Positions 24,862 to 37,300 of a stretch of 64,000 nucleotides of DNA are shown here, piece after piece. A program made the translations under genes and the position numbers. Below the pieces are notes generated by a model. It was given only the letters and a program-made list of their open reading frames with translations. It was not told the DNA's origin and made no database searches. Numbering within the stretch: the stretch's first letter is position 1; each line of letters opens with the position of its first letter. Source of the DNA: Marsupella aquatica. Taxonomy: Eukaryota > Plantae > Marchantiophyta. The DNA lies in the NCBI GenBank assembly GCA_973895155.1, contig OZ316896.1:6128166-6192165 (forward strand), read 5' to 3'.

Positions 24862-26205
24862 CTAATGATTCATTGCTTGTTGTGGCATAGAGTATGCCAT
24901 GTGAGGCATCATGGGCGGACCTCCCATAACAGGTCTTTGAATATGCCCTCTGGGTGCATAGGCCATTTGTCCAGGGGGGTAAACCGGGGTACCCACAGGG
25001 GAACCAGCAGGTGGACCCGGGTGTCCATACATGTTGCCTCCCTGAAATCCAGGCTGCCCGGCATGGACGTGAGGTTGACCTGCAGGTGGCGTAGTAGATG
25101 GAGATTGCCCCGTAATAGGAGCCGGACTGCCTTGTAGCGCGTCTCCACCTCCTCCATTCACACTGGTTATGTCGTGTATAGAGGACCTGCGCTTGTCTTT
25201 GTTAATGGAATTAAGCCGGATGAAGTACTTCTGAGCATGACTCGCAACCTGGGTTGGTGTTCGAGAGATGACAAAATTTCGCGAGATGCTCCTCCAATCC
25301 CCTTTGCCGAACTTGGCAAGCCCCAACAAGAACAATCTGCTCCATAGCAAACAAGTACCCAAAGGACTTGTACCGGTTAGATTAACTCCCATCTCAGACA
25401 TACGCAGCCAATTTCAAATGAACTGATAAGATCTCTACATTAGAGCACGTGTCCTGTGGCAACTCTCACAACCACCCTCTCCCCGGGCAAGAAACGCGAC
25501 GCTGCCACATTGTCCAATTGAGATCACTGCACAAAGAGGGGCAGAACGACAGAGGCACACAGAGCGAGAGGGAGAGCAAGCGGAAGTAAAAGGCACACAC
25601 CTGTGTTCCTCTTCCGTCCAAGGTATGCCTTTGCGCCTTTCCTGATCGGCCTTACTGCTGGAGGACTTTCGTTCAAGTCCTCCATTCACGCCGCCATTGG
25701 CTCCACTGGGGGTGACTCCAGAAGACTGTCCGGCCCATACCGGCTTCTTCGAAACCGAGCTATCCGACTGATCTCCTGCCCCTTCCAACGCCGGAAGTGC
25801 AGAGGTGTTGTAGCTCGGGAGAGCAACCCTACCTGCGTCGATCGCCGTCACATCCTGAAGAAGCAATTCGTAGTGTCTCTTCACCTCCTCCGCGTCTTTC
25901 CCAGCAACCATGGAAGCCACATTTTCCCAGCGAGTGGAGGTATCTTGATCATAGACTGCCAAGGCCTTTTCGAAAAGCTTATCTTGCTCCGCGGACCATG
26001 ACGGGGTGGCTGCTTCGAGAGCAGCCGGAGCAGCTGTAGGTGCCGGGGCGGCCTGGACTGCTGCTGCTGGGGTCGAGGGACTCGCCGCAGGTGTGGGAAC
26101 CGCTATCGCTACTGATGTATCAGCAGTATTCTGCGTCGGCGTAGAAATTGTGGCGTTGCATACGGGAGGTGTGGTTAGTGAGGGCCCCGGAGAGGGCGCT
26201 GCCAT
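24862..26205 (-). CDS. DIV: DIVARICATA-like R-R-type MYB transcription factor (SANT/MYB + SHAQKYF MYB), ~359 aa
   Basis: Exon 1 26205-25601 ([16 protein letters not shown]...RWENVA...HYELL; [15 protein letters not shown]), GT-AG intron 25600-25337, exon 2 25336-24862 ([38 protein letters not shown]...[10 protein letters not shown]). Confidence 0.95.
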
Positions 26206-26926
26206 CCGCGCCACTCAAAAACTTAGAGAAAGCCCACAAACAAGTCCCTCCGATCACCTACCACGCACCACCGAGAAGGTGAGGTCGACATAAACAGCCC
26301 TCCACTGTATGCACTACCTCCTCTACTCTCGCAGTGTCCGTCCGTATCTCTTCGACTCTCTTCCCGCAGCTTGTTTAGCAGATCAGCCCATGACCTCAAC
26401 AGTTTGTGGCGCCACAGGAAACCGTTAATAACAGTAGACACCAGCAGCCATACTGACGTCCTCCTGCACAAAACTGAGCCTGCCTAGTCTCGAAAGTCAC
26501 TTTCCTGTCCACGCCCCGTCTCGCATCACAGGCTCGAATTCCCGCTTCTCAACACGCGGGTCGTCATTCAATCCAAATCCAATCCCCTAGACCAATCCTC
26601 CGCTAAACTGTTATTGCCAGTCCATCTGTGACGGTATGAAATCACGAGTCTCCCCAACCTGCTAGACCGAGGAAGAAAATCTGTTACTCAAGAGTCGACG
26701 CCTCTTCTGCTCAAGCTCAAGCTCAAACTCGAACTCAAACTCTCATCACCAGCTCCCTGCTACTCATTCAAACCGTAAGCAAGTTTCTTCCGTCTTCGAG
26801 CTCAAAGCACTCGCCAATCCGCCAACTCCCCTTCTTCCCTCGCCACCAAAATTCTCTCCTGTTGCCTCACGCTCAACTTCGAAGTATCAAACCCTCCGAA
26901 CTCCTCGACCCTCGCCCTTTCGGTAT

Positions 26927-26968
26927 CTTCTCTCTCTCTCTATCCTCTCTCTCCTCTCTCTCCTCTCG
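26927..26968. repeat. (CT)n/(GA)n tract upstream of the DIV-like gene
   Basis: TCTCTCTCTCTC...CCTCTCTCTCCTCTCTCTCCTCTC; a further GA tract lies at ~27284-27296. Confidence 0.7.
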
Positions 26969-29099
26969 CTTTCAAAAGAATCACGACGAAATGACTCGGC
27001 CAACCGAAGCTCCCTTGCTTTGCAATCTTTCCTGCCTCGTCCTCTTATGATGCTCAGTGGTACTTTGACTGAGCAGCAAAGCCACACTCACGCGAAGAGA
27101 AAACCTGGATTAGCGTGAATCAATCCGGATGAGAGGCAGGCGTGAGGCTTTCTCTCTCCTTTCTAACAACACAGAGGAGCTCGCCACAAAAGTCAGTCAG
27201 CAGATCGATCACTCCGCACGGAAGCAACAAACTGCACGAGCTTGCAGCGTGCGCCCACACAGGAAGGAGGGAAGGATATCAAGGAGAGAGAGAGAGGGTA
27301 AATTCCACACGGGCGACGGACGACGATCGACGAGCAAACCAGACAGAAAGAAAATGAAGTGAAACGTCGAAGAGTTGCGCAAAGGACCCTCCCTACTGTC
27401 CTTCTCCTCAATTTATTATCCTTCTACGGATAGGGATGCTTATCCTCCCTCCCTCTGCCCCTTCTAAGGGCACCCACCTCCTGCCCGCAGGCAAGAAAAA
27501 TTCCTCCAAAGCCCCGAACGCTCTCGACCGAACCTCATGCGCCGAGCCTACGCATGTCTCCGACCCAAATAACCCACCCCCCAGAAGGTTCGTACTGTCT
27601 CATGCAAACAATATTCCAACCTTTGCACGCCTTTACTCTGCTCACCGGACAAGCATCTTCCTAAAAATTCAAAATCTCAGCCGTCGGCCAGTACGCATAT
27701 CTACGGCACGATCGCATCCACTGATTTAATTATTGGAATTTCAGAATGACAGATCCGCGGTCCAGATCTCGTACGGTGAGTTATTCTTTATTTTCCTGGT
27801 ATATATGGAATTCCTTACTCCCGTAGATCGAAACGAAGGCCATAAAATATATTTGATATTACATTTCGACAGATGTTTACTTATTACGTCGATTACGCAC
27901 GGGAGGTAGACTACTGGACTCCATGTGGATAAAGCTTGCGAAACTATATATCTTGTTTCTAGAGAATTCGAGACGATTAAGTCGTGTTTGCGGAATGAAT
28001 CAGATTCTGTCCCTTGCTGATGTTACGCATCGTACATTTATGTACGGAACACAAATTCAAGGTCTTAAATAATTCCAGGCCGTTTAAATTTATGCCAATG
28101 GTCAAGATTGATCTGTTCCAACCTGGAGACCAATTATCCACGCGCGCATAACCCACCTATTCATTAATTCAGCGCCAGGGTTTCCGGTGTGTGCTGTAAT
28201 CATTAGTTGTACCATACCGGGAACCCAGTGTTATTCGCTTTTCTCTTTTTCTGGTAGAGATATTTTTAAAGTCTTACTTAGAAATAAAATCTCAGATTCT
28301 TATCTTGTCGAAAATACTGTAGAGCTGTGCCTACATTCCCGAAGTACTTATTGCTCCCCCCTTTACCCTTTCTCCCCTTTATTGCGTTGGTTGCCCTCTC
28401 TCCGGGTTTGGCATTTTTGTTCTTTGGAGGTGCGATATAAACTCCTTACGAGAGTTCTGGCAACTCTCTCGCACTTCCATGCGGATTGCTTTTTGTAGTC
28501 TCTTCACAACAAACACTTTTTAATATCATGGACCTCCATGCCAAGAACATTACTTGAGCTTTAACTCAAACAACTATGTTTTAGGGAACCAATAAACCCA
28601 ACAATTAGTATTTAATGTGACCCCATAAAAAATGATTAGATCTGACAATGATAGAAACTTAACTAGATTAAAAGCTTTCAAATGCCAAATAACAAGGAGT
28701 GGGACAAATAAGTAGCTTATTGTGAAATTCTATTGGCTTTTTCATCATAAATAACAATTTCATTACATTAACTTATTTACAAAAAAATGCGCTCTGGATA
28801 CTTGGTATGGCTAACTGGCCTAGGGTACAATAAAGCTTTATCTTATGTGTTCTTGTCAAAATAGTTTCATTGGAATGAATCACATATCTCTTGGTGTCAT
28901 CTATTTGTTTGTTGGATGGTCACATGTACATGTCCTTATGAAATGCATCTTTGCTCAACTTCGACTGACTAATAAGATGCAGTTTTAATGCTAATATTTT
29001 GTAGATTTTTTATATTTTGTTCAATTTTAAAGCCCTAAACTTTATACCAAATCACAGGAAACCATGCAAAAGAACATCCATATGATGGTAGGAGATGCA

Positions 29100-29960
29100 A
29101 ATGCTAATTATTAATGTTCACATGTGCATTGTAGAACGAAGGTATTTTGATTTAGTTGCTTGTGGTTTTGAGTTTTCAGGATGGTGTTTCTATACCATTG
29201 GGGTAAATTTAGCCATAATTTTCTAGCCATAATTTTGTCTTCCAAGCCAATTTGGGTTGAGTTTTTTTATGTTGGCACCTAGCTTGGTAAGATACTTACC
29301 AAATAAATCTGAAAAAATGGATGTTCCAAAATTTTCTGATGACCCTCATCAAATCAATCAGATGAATGAGATTCAAGAAAATTAACAAAAAAGAATCAAT
29401 AAGGTTTGGGGGAAGGAAGCAAGAAAGAAAGCAAATTGGTGGAAGGTTAGCTGGGCAAGGAGGGGGAAGAAATTTGAGATTACAAGTTTTTATTGATCTA
29501 AGCTTTTGCTGAGCTTTACAACTTATTAATTTACACTTTTGTTAATTTCAGTTTAGGGTTGGCCACTAATTAATGAAGATTGGTATGTTCATTGATTGCA
29601 TGGATTGAAGTCTAGAAGTGAGGCACGAAGGTAAGGTGTGTTTTCATGAATTGCATTAAAAATCCAGTGAGGTGGACGGGCCATGGAAAATACAAAGGCA
29701 GGAACCATTTCATTTGGTCTTTTGTTCACAATATTATGAGGTTTTGGAAGGAATATTTACGGACCCCACTAGAGGTCCCTTCCAAAATTCAAGACTCCAC
29801 AGCATGCCATGTCATCATGACACGCTCCAAACAGGTATGGATTGGTTTACAAAATAAAATTACTTCACCGTTCATGTTTGTGGCAGGATTTTGGTAAAAT
29901 TGAGGACACCAGGCCGTAAACCTTGATGTAAAAATGTTTGAAAATTAACCATTTTATTTA
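29100..29960 (+). mobile_element. Dispersed repeat family 'TTAC-hairpin' (block A followed by block B, junction at 29757)
   Basis: 29100-29760 aligns with 47560-48064; 29757-29960 aligns with 32926-32700 (minus), 40450-40670, 41992-42220 and 47107-47320. Confidence 0.75.
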
Positions 29961-30331
29961 CCCTAGGTAACAGACTGTTCAATTAGTAGGAGGCCCACCT
30001 TCCGTGTTTTTTACCCCTGAGTAACCGCTGCCCACCCGCATTCTGAATTGTATTTCAATTGAATAATAACTAACTCTCTCTCGGCAAGTTGATCTGATGA
30101 CAAAATAATCGTGACAATTTTCTCGACCTTCTGCTGCCCGGGTTCTGCTGCCACAAAGGAAGAAGTGGACATGATTCTATGTTGGATCACTCAGCACTCC
30201 TTTCCATGGCGTCATCATTGCAGTTCCTAACTCGGTGATGCCTCTCGCTACTATTAGATTGTCCAACGCATGAGGCACAAGCGAACAAAAGAGAAGCAAG
30301 CTTAGCAGGGTTCAGTAAGGGCCTCGTCTAC

Positions 30332-30466
30332 ATGCAGATGGTGTTGAAGAGCCTGGGCATGAAAGAAGGACATAGTTATAAGAAGTGTCAGCAAATGATT
30401 AAGGGAGTCTATGTGGACTGCAATGGGAAGGTGGACTTTCAGGAGTTCAAGGGGTCCACGAACTAA
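30332..30466 (+). pseudogene. Calmodulin-like (CML) C-terminal EF-hand fragment
   Basis: MQMVLKSLGMKEGHSYKKCQQMIKGVYVDCNGKVDFQEFK matches the plant CML3/5-type last EF-hand (..VL.SLGLK.G.....C..MI..VDVDGDG.VNF.EFK), with the first loop Asp lost. Another possible fragment, GSAATKEEVDMIL, lies at ~30140-30180. Confidence 0.75.
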
Positions 30467-32699
30467 TTATTCTACTCCTTTGGGGTATCGTCAAAGCACC
30501 ATCCACCCTCCCCCCCAAAATGGAAAAATTGGGCATCCCTGAAACCCCAACAATTACTGATTTTTTTTCTATATCTTGTCTGAGAGTTGTTCAAACTGGA
30601 AAATGCCTTAAAGGTTGACCATAAACATTTGAGTCACACCTAGTATTTACTTGTAAATAAGTTATTAAGATTTGTTATCTCTATTTCTATACCATCTCAT
30701 TACAAGCTAGAGAAGGCTAGATTTTAGCAGTATTTAAAGAGGTGTATAGCCAAATATACTCACTGGCAACAAAATTTACTATTAAAGTGTACCCCAGGCT
30801 TATGCAATAAATGAATAATAATTAAAATTCTATACCAAACTAACAAAGTAGTTTAGAGTGCTTATTAAACAATCAAAATAATTTTGCATTGAAAGTTTAA
30901 AAATGTTATAAGCATCTTGATACAAACACTAAAATTTGTACTGAGTGTATTATTTCTAAGATTAAACGTTACAAAAACATGAAAACTGCATTAGCTTCCC
31001 AAAAAATATTAAAGCATACATAGGAGGGGGTACAAAAATTAATTGGAGGGCCCTTTCATCCTTCAACTTTTATAAACAGTTAAACTAGAATCAAATTCAA
31101 CTTCAAAATACTCAGTTGCAAAATACACAAGAGGCATCTCTTTATAACCCAGCTGAAAAGCCCCAAACTAACCTCCATTCCTCAAAGCTCTTGCTTTCAA
31201 ATGTACTATACAGAGGGATCTAGATGTGTAGTTTGATGAGAATGAGTCATGAATACATCATAAAAGGGGGTTCTATATCCATTTGATATCCAGACTATCA
31301 ATGTATACCCTAGTGCCATTTGATTTTGCAGAATTATTACGGGTCCAGTTAGAGACTTCCCTAAATCTGGAAATTCTGCCAAAATTCCATATCACCCTGT
31401 AAATATCCAGCCATTACATGATTTGAATCCAACTATCTACATCCACTTTTTTTCTGAAGACTCGTGTGAAGGCTCATATGGCCTCTCAAGTGAAAATTAG
31501 TTCGTGGGACCCCTTGGCTACATTTCTTAGTCCTTGTTTGAGTAAAATGAATGTATGTAATATTAGCTTTAACTCAAGTTGTGAGAGGCTATTATGGTAC
31601 AAAATGCTATGGTATCACATATTATTCTGATGACATAGTTTTACAAATTTTAGTGAAAGCATAGGAGAAATTAATTACCTCACTAATATTTTATTTTTCA
31701 ATCTTCTTCATAATGACCAGGAAAATAAGGGCCTTTAGCTTGCGTTTTGAGAAGCTAATGTGGTCCATAATGCTCAGCTAGCATACATTAAAACACTTCA
31801 GATCTATGAGATATTTTCACTAATTTTAGAACATTAATTAATACACCCAAGGCATAGTTAGTTAATGGCATAGTTTATTAATTAATTAAATGGCACTATA
31901 TTTGACCACTGAAGTGCCCTAGGCACTCAATTTGAGTTGAGAAGAGTACTTTCTCAAGATAAATTGAGATATCTGCTTTTCTCAACAAGGAACCCTAAGT
32001 TTTCTAGTAGCTGAGTCCTCTTTAGAATTATTGTCACCCGATTTGTCAATGTACTTTCAAATAATTGGAAATCTTGGAGATTTCACTGAAGTCTGAGTTT
32101 GGCAAGTTTGAAATTAAAGGTTAATAGCCTCATGACCTTGATGCAACTATTCACCAAAATGGAGAAGGGCAAAGCTTAAGCTTTCAGAAGTTAGAAGTCT
32201 GATAGGAAGGGAACCTGGTAGTCATGTTGTGTTGGACAAATATGATAGATTTTATAACTTGCATTGTTTAGATTAGATTTTCTCACAAAATCGCTATGTA
32301 CCCATTTAACCATGGCCCGAGCAATTTGACATTTTTTCAACTGCCACATGAATACTTTGCTTTGCAGGCCAAAATAGATAGCGTGATAATCATAAGCAGT
32401 TGTCAAAATCAGGCCATTCACTACATGCAACCAAATTCTCAAGCTAAGAGAGTCAATAGTCAATTCGTGGCAAGTCCATATGAAGCTATACCAAACCAGA
32501 TCAATGTCTGATCAAATGAATTATATCAATTCATTAAATTCAAGTTTGCCTGAATTGTGAAAGGCTGGAAATCTTACTCCATGTGCTAGTTACCCTTTAA
32601 CAAGGAAGTTATCAAGTTAATTATTAGTCATTGTTTATTATATGAAAAATAATTTTCAAATCTTTGAATTTAATTTTTAAAATTGGATAGTAACTAAAA

Positions 32700-32926
32700 C
32701 GGTTATATCTTGACAGTTTTACCCGTCTTGCTCTTTGCATTTTTTAATTTTTACATTTATTTTTATGGCATGGCGTCCCAAAATTTACACCCAAATTGAT
32801 GCAAACACGAATGAAAACTGTAAGTTTTATTCACAAAACTGATAAGTCTTGTTTGTTACGGTTGTTGTTGACGTGACACACTCTCGTGCCAGGAATTTTG
32901 AAAGGGACCTCTAGTGGGGTCCGTAA
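32700..32926 (-). mobile_element. Copy of repeat block B (TTAC-hairpin family)
   Basis: Reverse complement begins TTACGGACCCCACTAGAGGTCCCTTTCAAAATTC, one mismatch from 29757-29790. Confidence 0.75.
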
Positions 32927-34059
32927 TGATAGAAACGAGCAAATTGGCCACAGTAAACCAAACAATTGTGAAAAATGGACTAATATGTTTTACTAAGTGA
33001 TAATAGTACACTTGATATGTATGGTTTGTCAGGTTTTGTTTTTTATTACAAATTTGATTCCTCCCCTTGTGTAATTTCAGTGGTTCAATTATTTAGCTAC
33101 ACATCCTTTAACAATGTGGCAAATATTGTTGGGAAGTCAAAAAACCTAAACTTGAACACACTCCTCTCTAAGAAACATAAATTCTATGCCTATCATTCCT
33201 ACTTACACCCTACATGCATCTCCACAATGCCAAAACTCAAACACATTACCTTAAATTTGAACACAACGTCACATTTTGAACACAACGCCACAAGTCCAAA
33301 AACTGAAAACATTGACTTCAAACTCAAACACAGCGCCCTGGGCTCTATATTCAAATATAGCCCCCGGGCCTTGTGTTTGGGGGAAGACGGTAGTCTCAAC
33401 TACCCGTTTGTTGAACGTGAAAAGCGAGGAGTATAATAATGTCACCTAAATATATTTATTATTCATATTTTTGGAAGGTAAATTAAATGAAAAAAAAAAT
33501 CATACATGTCAACATTTCAATAAGCATACATTATATACCATATTCTTTTGTATGCACATATATTATGGTGGGCTATAAAGTTCATTTTTTAATATAAATA
33601 GAAATTTTGATAAAAAAAACATATATAATTATCATTTGATATACATCATAGGCGTGAATTTTCATACACAGCATGAATCATGGATTTATAGTCTAGAGTT
33701 TTAGCTCTAGAAATCTAGATCCTAACTCTAGCTTATAGTTGACACTTTATAAGTAAAATATATATAAATGATGTCCACTTGATTTTTAAAACAAATCAAT
33801 ACAATACTACAAATGAAAGTGCAAGGAAAAAATCTCATTAAATGGAAAGAAAGACTTGGCCCTCGAACAACACATATCCGTAACGAGTCGCTCACTTTTC
33901 AATTTAGTGGACCCCTTGTTACTGCCCCTTCCTCCTCACCGGTGTCTGTATTTTTCTCTTTGGTCTCATACCAACATGGTACATAGAGTCAGATACATCC
34001 GTCAACGAGGTGTATTCACTGGAAATATTTTCCTTGTATTTTGGAAACAACTCGCATGG

Positions 34060-34340
34060 GGCGTGAGCACTTCTTTGATGCTACAATGTAAAAGGTATTT
34101 TTTAAATACAAATCACATTGAAAGTGAGACTTCTCTGGGGCTATTTTTGTCAAAAATAAATTGGATATGAATCACATTAGACTAGAGTACTTCGTTTGGA
34201 TGTTACTTGCACTACTTTTGGATGCTATTTTTGTCAACAAAAAAATTGGATTTAAATCCCTTTAGAAGTGAGCACGTCTTCTTGGAGCTATTTTTTGTGA
34301 AAACGTTTTGGGGGATGTAAATCACATCTTATGTGGGCAC
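34060..34340 (+). repeat. Degenerate ~60-bp minisatellite (4-5 units)
   Basis: Recurrent GTGAGCAC.TCTT..G..GCTATTTTTGTCAA...TTGGAT.T.AATCAC. Confidence 0.65.
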
Positions 34341-37300
34341 TTAGATGGAGTATTTCAGGCAATTTATGCAATGCCACTTGCCCCTTCTTGTTCTAGTTTA
34401 TGAAAATAAAATGAGTAAGGCAATGACAAGGGCTAAGTAAATAGTACTTCCTCCTCATCAATAAAGTTGTGTTTTCTAATTTGCACAAATATTGTAACCA
34501 CACACACACACACATTCTGATCATTTCAATATTCTGCTAGTGAGCCAAAGAACAAAAAAATTCATTGGGCTTGGACTGAAAGCATGAAAAAAATAAAGAT
34601 TTTTTTGTTGAACCTATAGGAAACTTTCTTGACGGTTCAAGTCACTAAATGATTTCTTTAATTGAAAAGGAGGAGAGAATGATTTCTCTGAAATAACTTT
34701 TCTTGCATTAACAATACAACTACAGTAGCTATCTACAACGATAATAAAGTGTATTTTCCTGCACTGACAATACAACTTTCACAATCTACATTAAAAAAAA
34801 AACTTATCTTGCATTGATAACACAAGTATAGTGATCTACAAAGATATTAAAAGATTTATCTGGCATTAAACCTATGCGTAAACGCCCTTAGCCTTAACTG
34901 CTTAACACATCATAGTGTCTTCATTTGGAAAACAAGATGCTCAAAAAAACTCATCAAATAAAAATAATAATAATAAAATGAAACGTGAGTGGACTAAAGG
35001 TTTATTGATAACCAACTTTCCACTTTATGACACATCCTTAGCCAAGAGCAATCACAAAATTTCTAATTTTGTAGTCCTGGTCACATTTGCTCTACTTAAG
35101 AAAACTTCAAGTACATTCTGCGTCATTTGTTGGAGTAGTACCTATTGCTCAGAGAGCAATTCCGCACACAGGCCCCAAATATTTCTTTTATGATGATTGA
35201 AGATCGGGGGAAACAGAAATGTGAATGTCCTTTGAACCAACACAAATTGTTTGATTCTTCGCTCACTTCAAGTGAGTGAATTCAAATAGCAGTAAAATAA
35301 AATTGTGTGTCAAATTGACAAGTGTTTTGGATGTTGACCTTCATTTTAAATTAGATGGAATATCTTTAATGTCAATCAGATTGTGTATCCAACATTTTAG
35401 GTGAACATTATTAATTGGGTGTCATAGAAAACATCAAATAGATGTATTGATTTGTACTAATCTATCCTACATTAGATTAGATAATATCATAATTGTTGAC
35501 CCAAAATGATTTTTGTGAGGTAGCAGGCTGGTTTGGCAACTGACTTTCTTGCTAAAACTAGCAATCCAAATTTTGGATTTGAAAGCTTAACTCTAAATAT
35601 TTAGAGAGACAAAATACTAGTGGGGAGCACGACCCCAATTGTTTACTCCATCTCCTTCATTCTGCAATTTAGTGGGTGAAAAGGAGCACTCATGGAGATG
35701 ATCTTAGGGGGGTGAAACTTAGATATTGGTGCACACAGAAATTAGGTTTTGTATGGATAACATTTAAGTAAAGAATGTGAAGAAAAATACACTCTTTTTG
35801 GATTTGAAAATAGATGAGAGATGGTCCACTCATTTTCAAAAGAAATGGAGACTCAAATATTTTATGTACAAACAAGAAGATTGAAGCCCAGATGTACCTA
35901 AACATGAGTCTAAACATGATCATGTTTGGAATAGTACTAGCACATCAACATCTAATGTAAATTTCAATATTTTCTATATTTTGTTCATTCTACCGGTTTT
36001 GCACCTTATGTTGAGCCTCCGGCCAACCCCCACCCACCAGGATGTCCACACCTTGGACTCTTGGGCCCCCTTTTGGCCTCCTTGTACTCCCTCAATGGCT
36101 CCATTGCCATCCTTGGACCAAATTCCACCACCGCCAGACATGGTCCTATTTCAACTCCGGCCTCTGATTATTGCATCAATTTATTAGAACTAACCATTTT
36201 TTTGAAAACTCAAACATTTTTGTTACACTTACTTGTCTTTCTACTTATATACATAATTACAAGTCATCACTAAGTTACTACCAGGTTTGGGGCCCTGTCA
36301 CATGAGTACAACCTAGCTTAGAAAGGTCATGGTTTCATTGCAACTAGTGAACAAATACTTATGACATCTCACTGTTAGTGCTAGGGCTATCCTGAATTGC
36401 ATGTTTGCATCCCTGAAGAATTCAACCCTAAGCATTTGCAAATTTTTTGGGAAAAAGCAGATCTTGTCCCTTCTACATGTGGTGATTGCCCTTGCCCATG
36501 GATTCCCTCTTTGTTGTCGCCCTCTACAAATTACTCAGGACATAATTTGTTTTAGCTCAAATTCAAAGGACGGGACATCAAGGGCCGGAAAGCCTGAGAT
36601 AATCTCATCAGTTATCAGTCACCTTCATTAGTACCTTCATTAGTTAACCAGATATCAGTTGCCACCTCATCTCAAAGAGGCCGCCAAGTTGCGGTGCAAA
36701 AAAACCAACCAAAAAAAAGTGAGGGAAAAAGTTTTTTTCTTAATTTTTTTTCATGATGAGGAGAAATTTTTGGGGGGTTTTTTTTTCTTTTTTTCCTGGT
36801 TTTTTTGTTGGTCCGTACGCCCATCTGCGAGGGGTCAGCCAAGATTGAGTCAATCTCAGCTACCCAGCTGAGATGCGCAGAGGTGCAAAGGCCCCATCTA
36901 AGCTCCTTAGTTGAAATTCAGAAATTTTTTGATTTAAGTTATTAGCCACTGATAACTGATGATTTTGTGTACCTCGGAAACCCTCCTGCCCTTACCCTTG
37001 GGTCTACACCTTATATAGCATAAGCCCTCCAAGACAAGGAAGATTCTCCACCATCTTCAGTGAGTACTTACATATGCCATGTGTGAATATGAGGGCCAAA
37101 AAATGTAGGGCCACTCACATGCAAGGTGACTCTACATCAGCTTGGTGGGCACCACAAGATCAGTTGCTGGCTGGGTTAAGGGCCTTGTTGAAGGATGAGA
37201 GGGTCCTTAAAAAAAACCATGAGAATGCGTTCATGGGGAGAGGTGGATGGAAGGCTTCACAAGGGAAAAGGGAAGAGGAGCTCTAAAAGTGGATTGTGAG

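Noticed and set aside
29757-32926. Oppositely oriented B blocks read as the TIRs of one 3.2-kb element
   Set aside because: No TSD, the arms diverge strongly after ~34 bp, family-related sequence continues outside both ends, and other B copies are unpaired.
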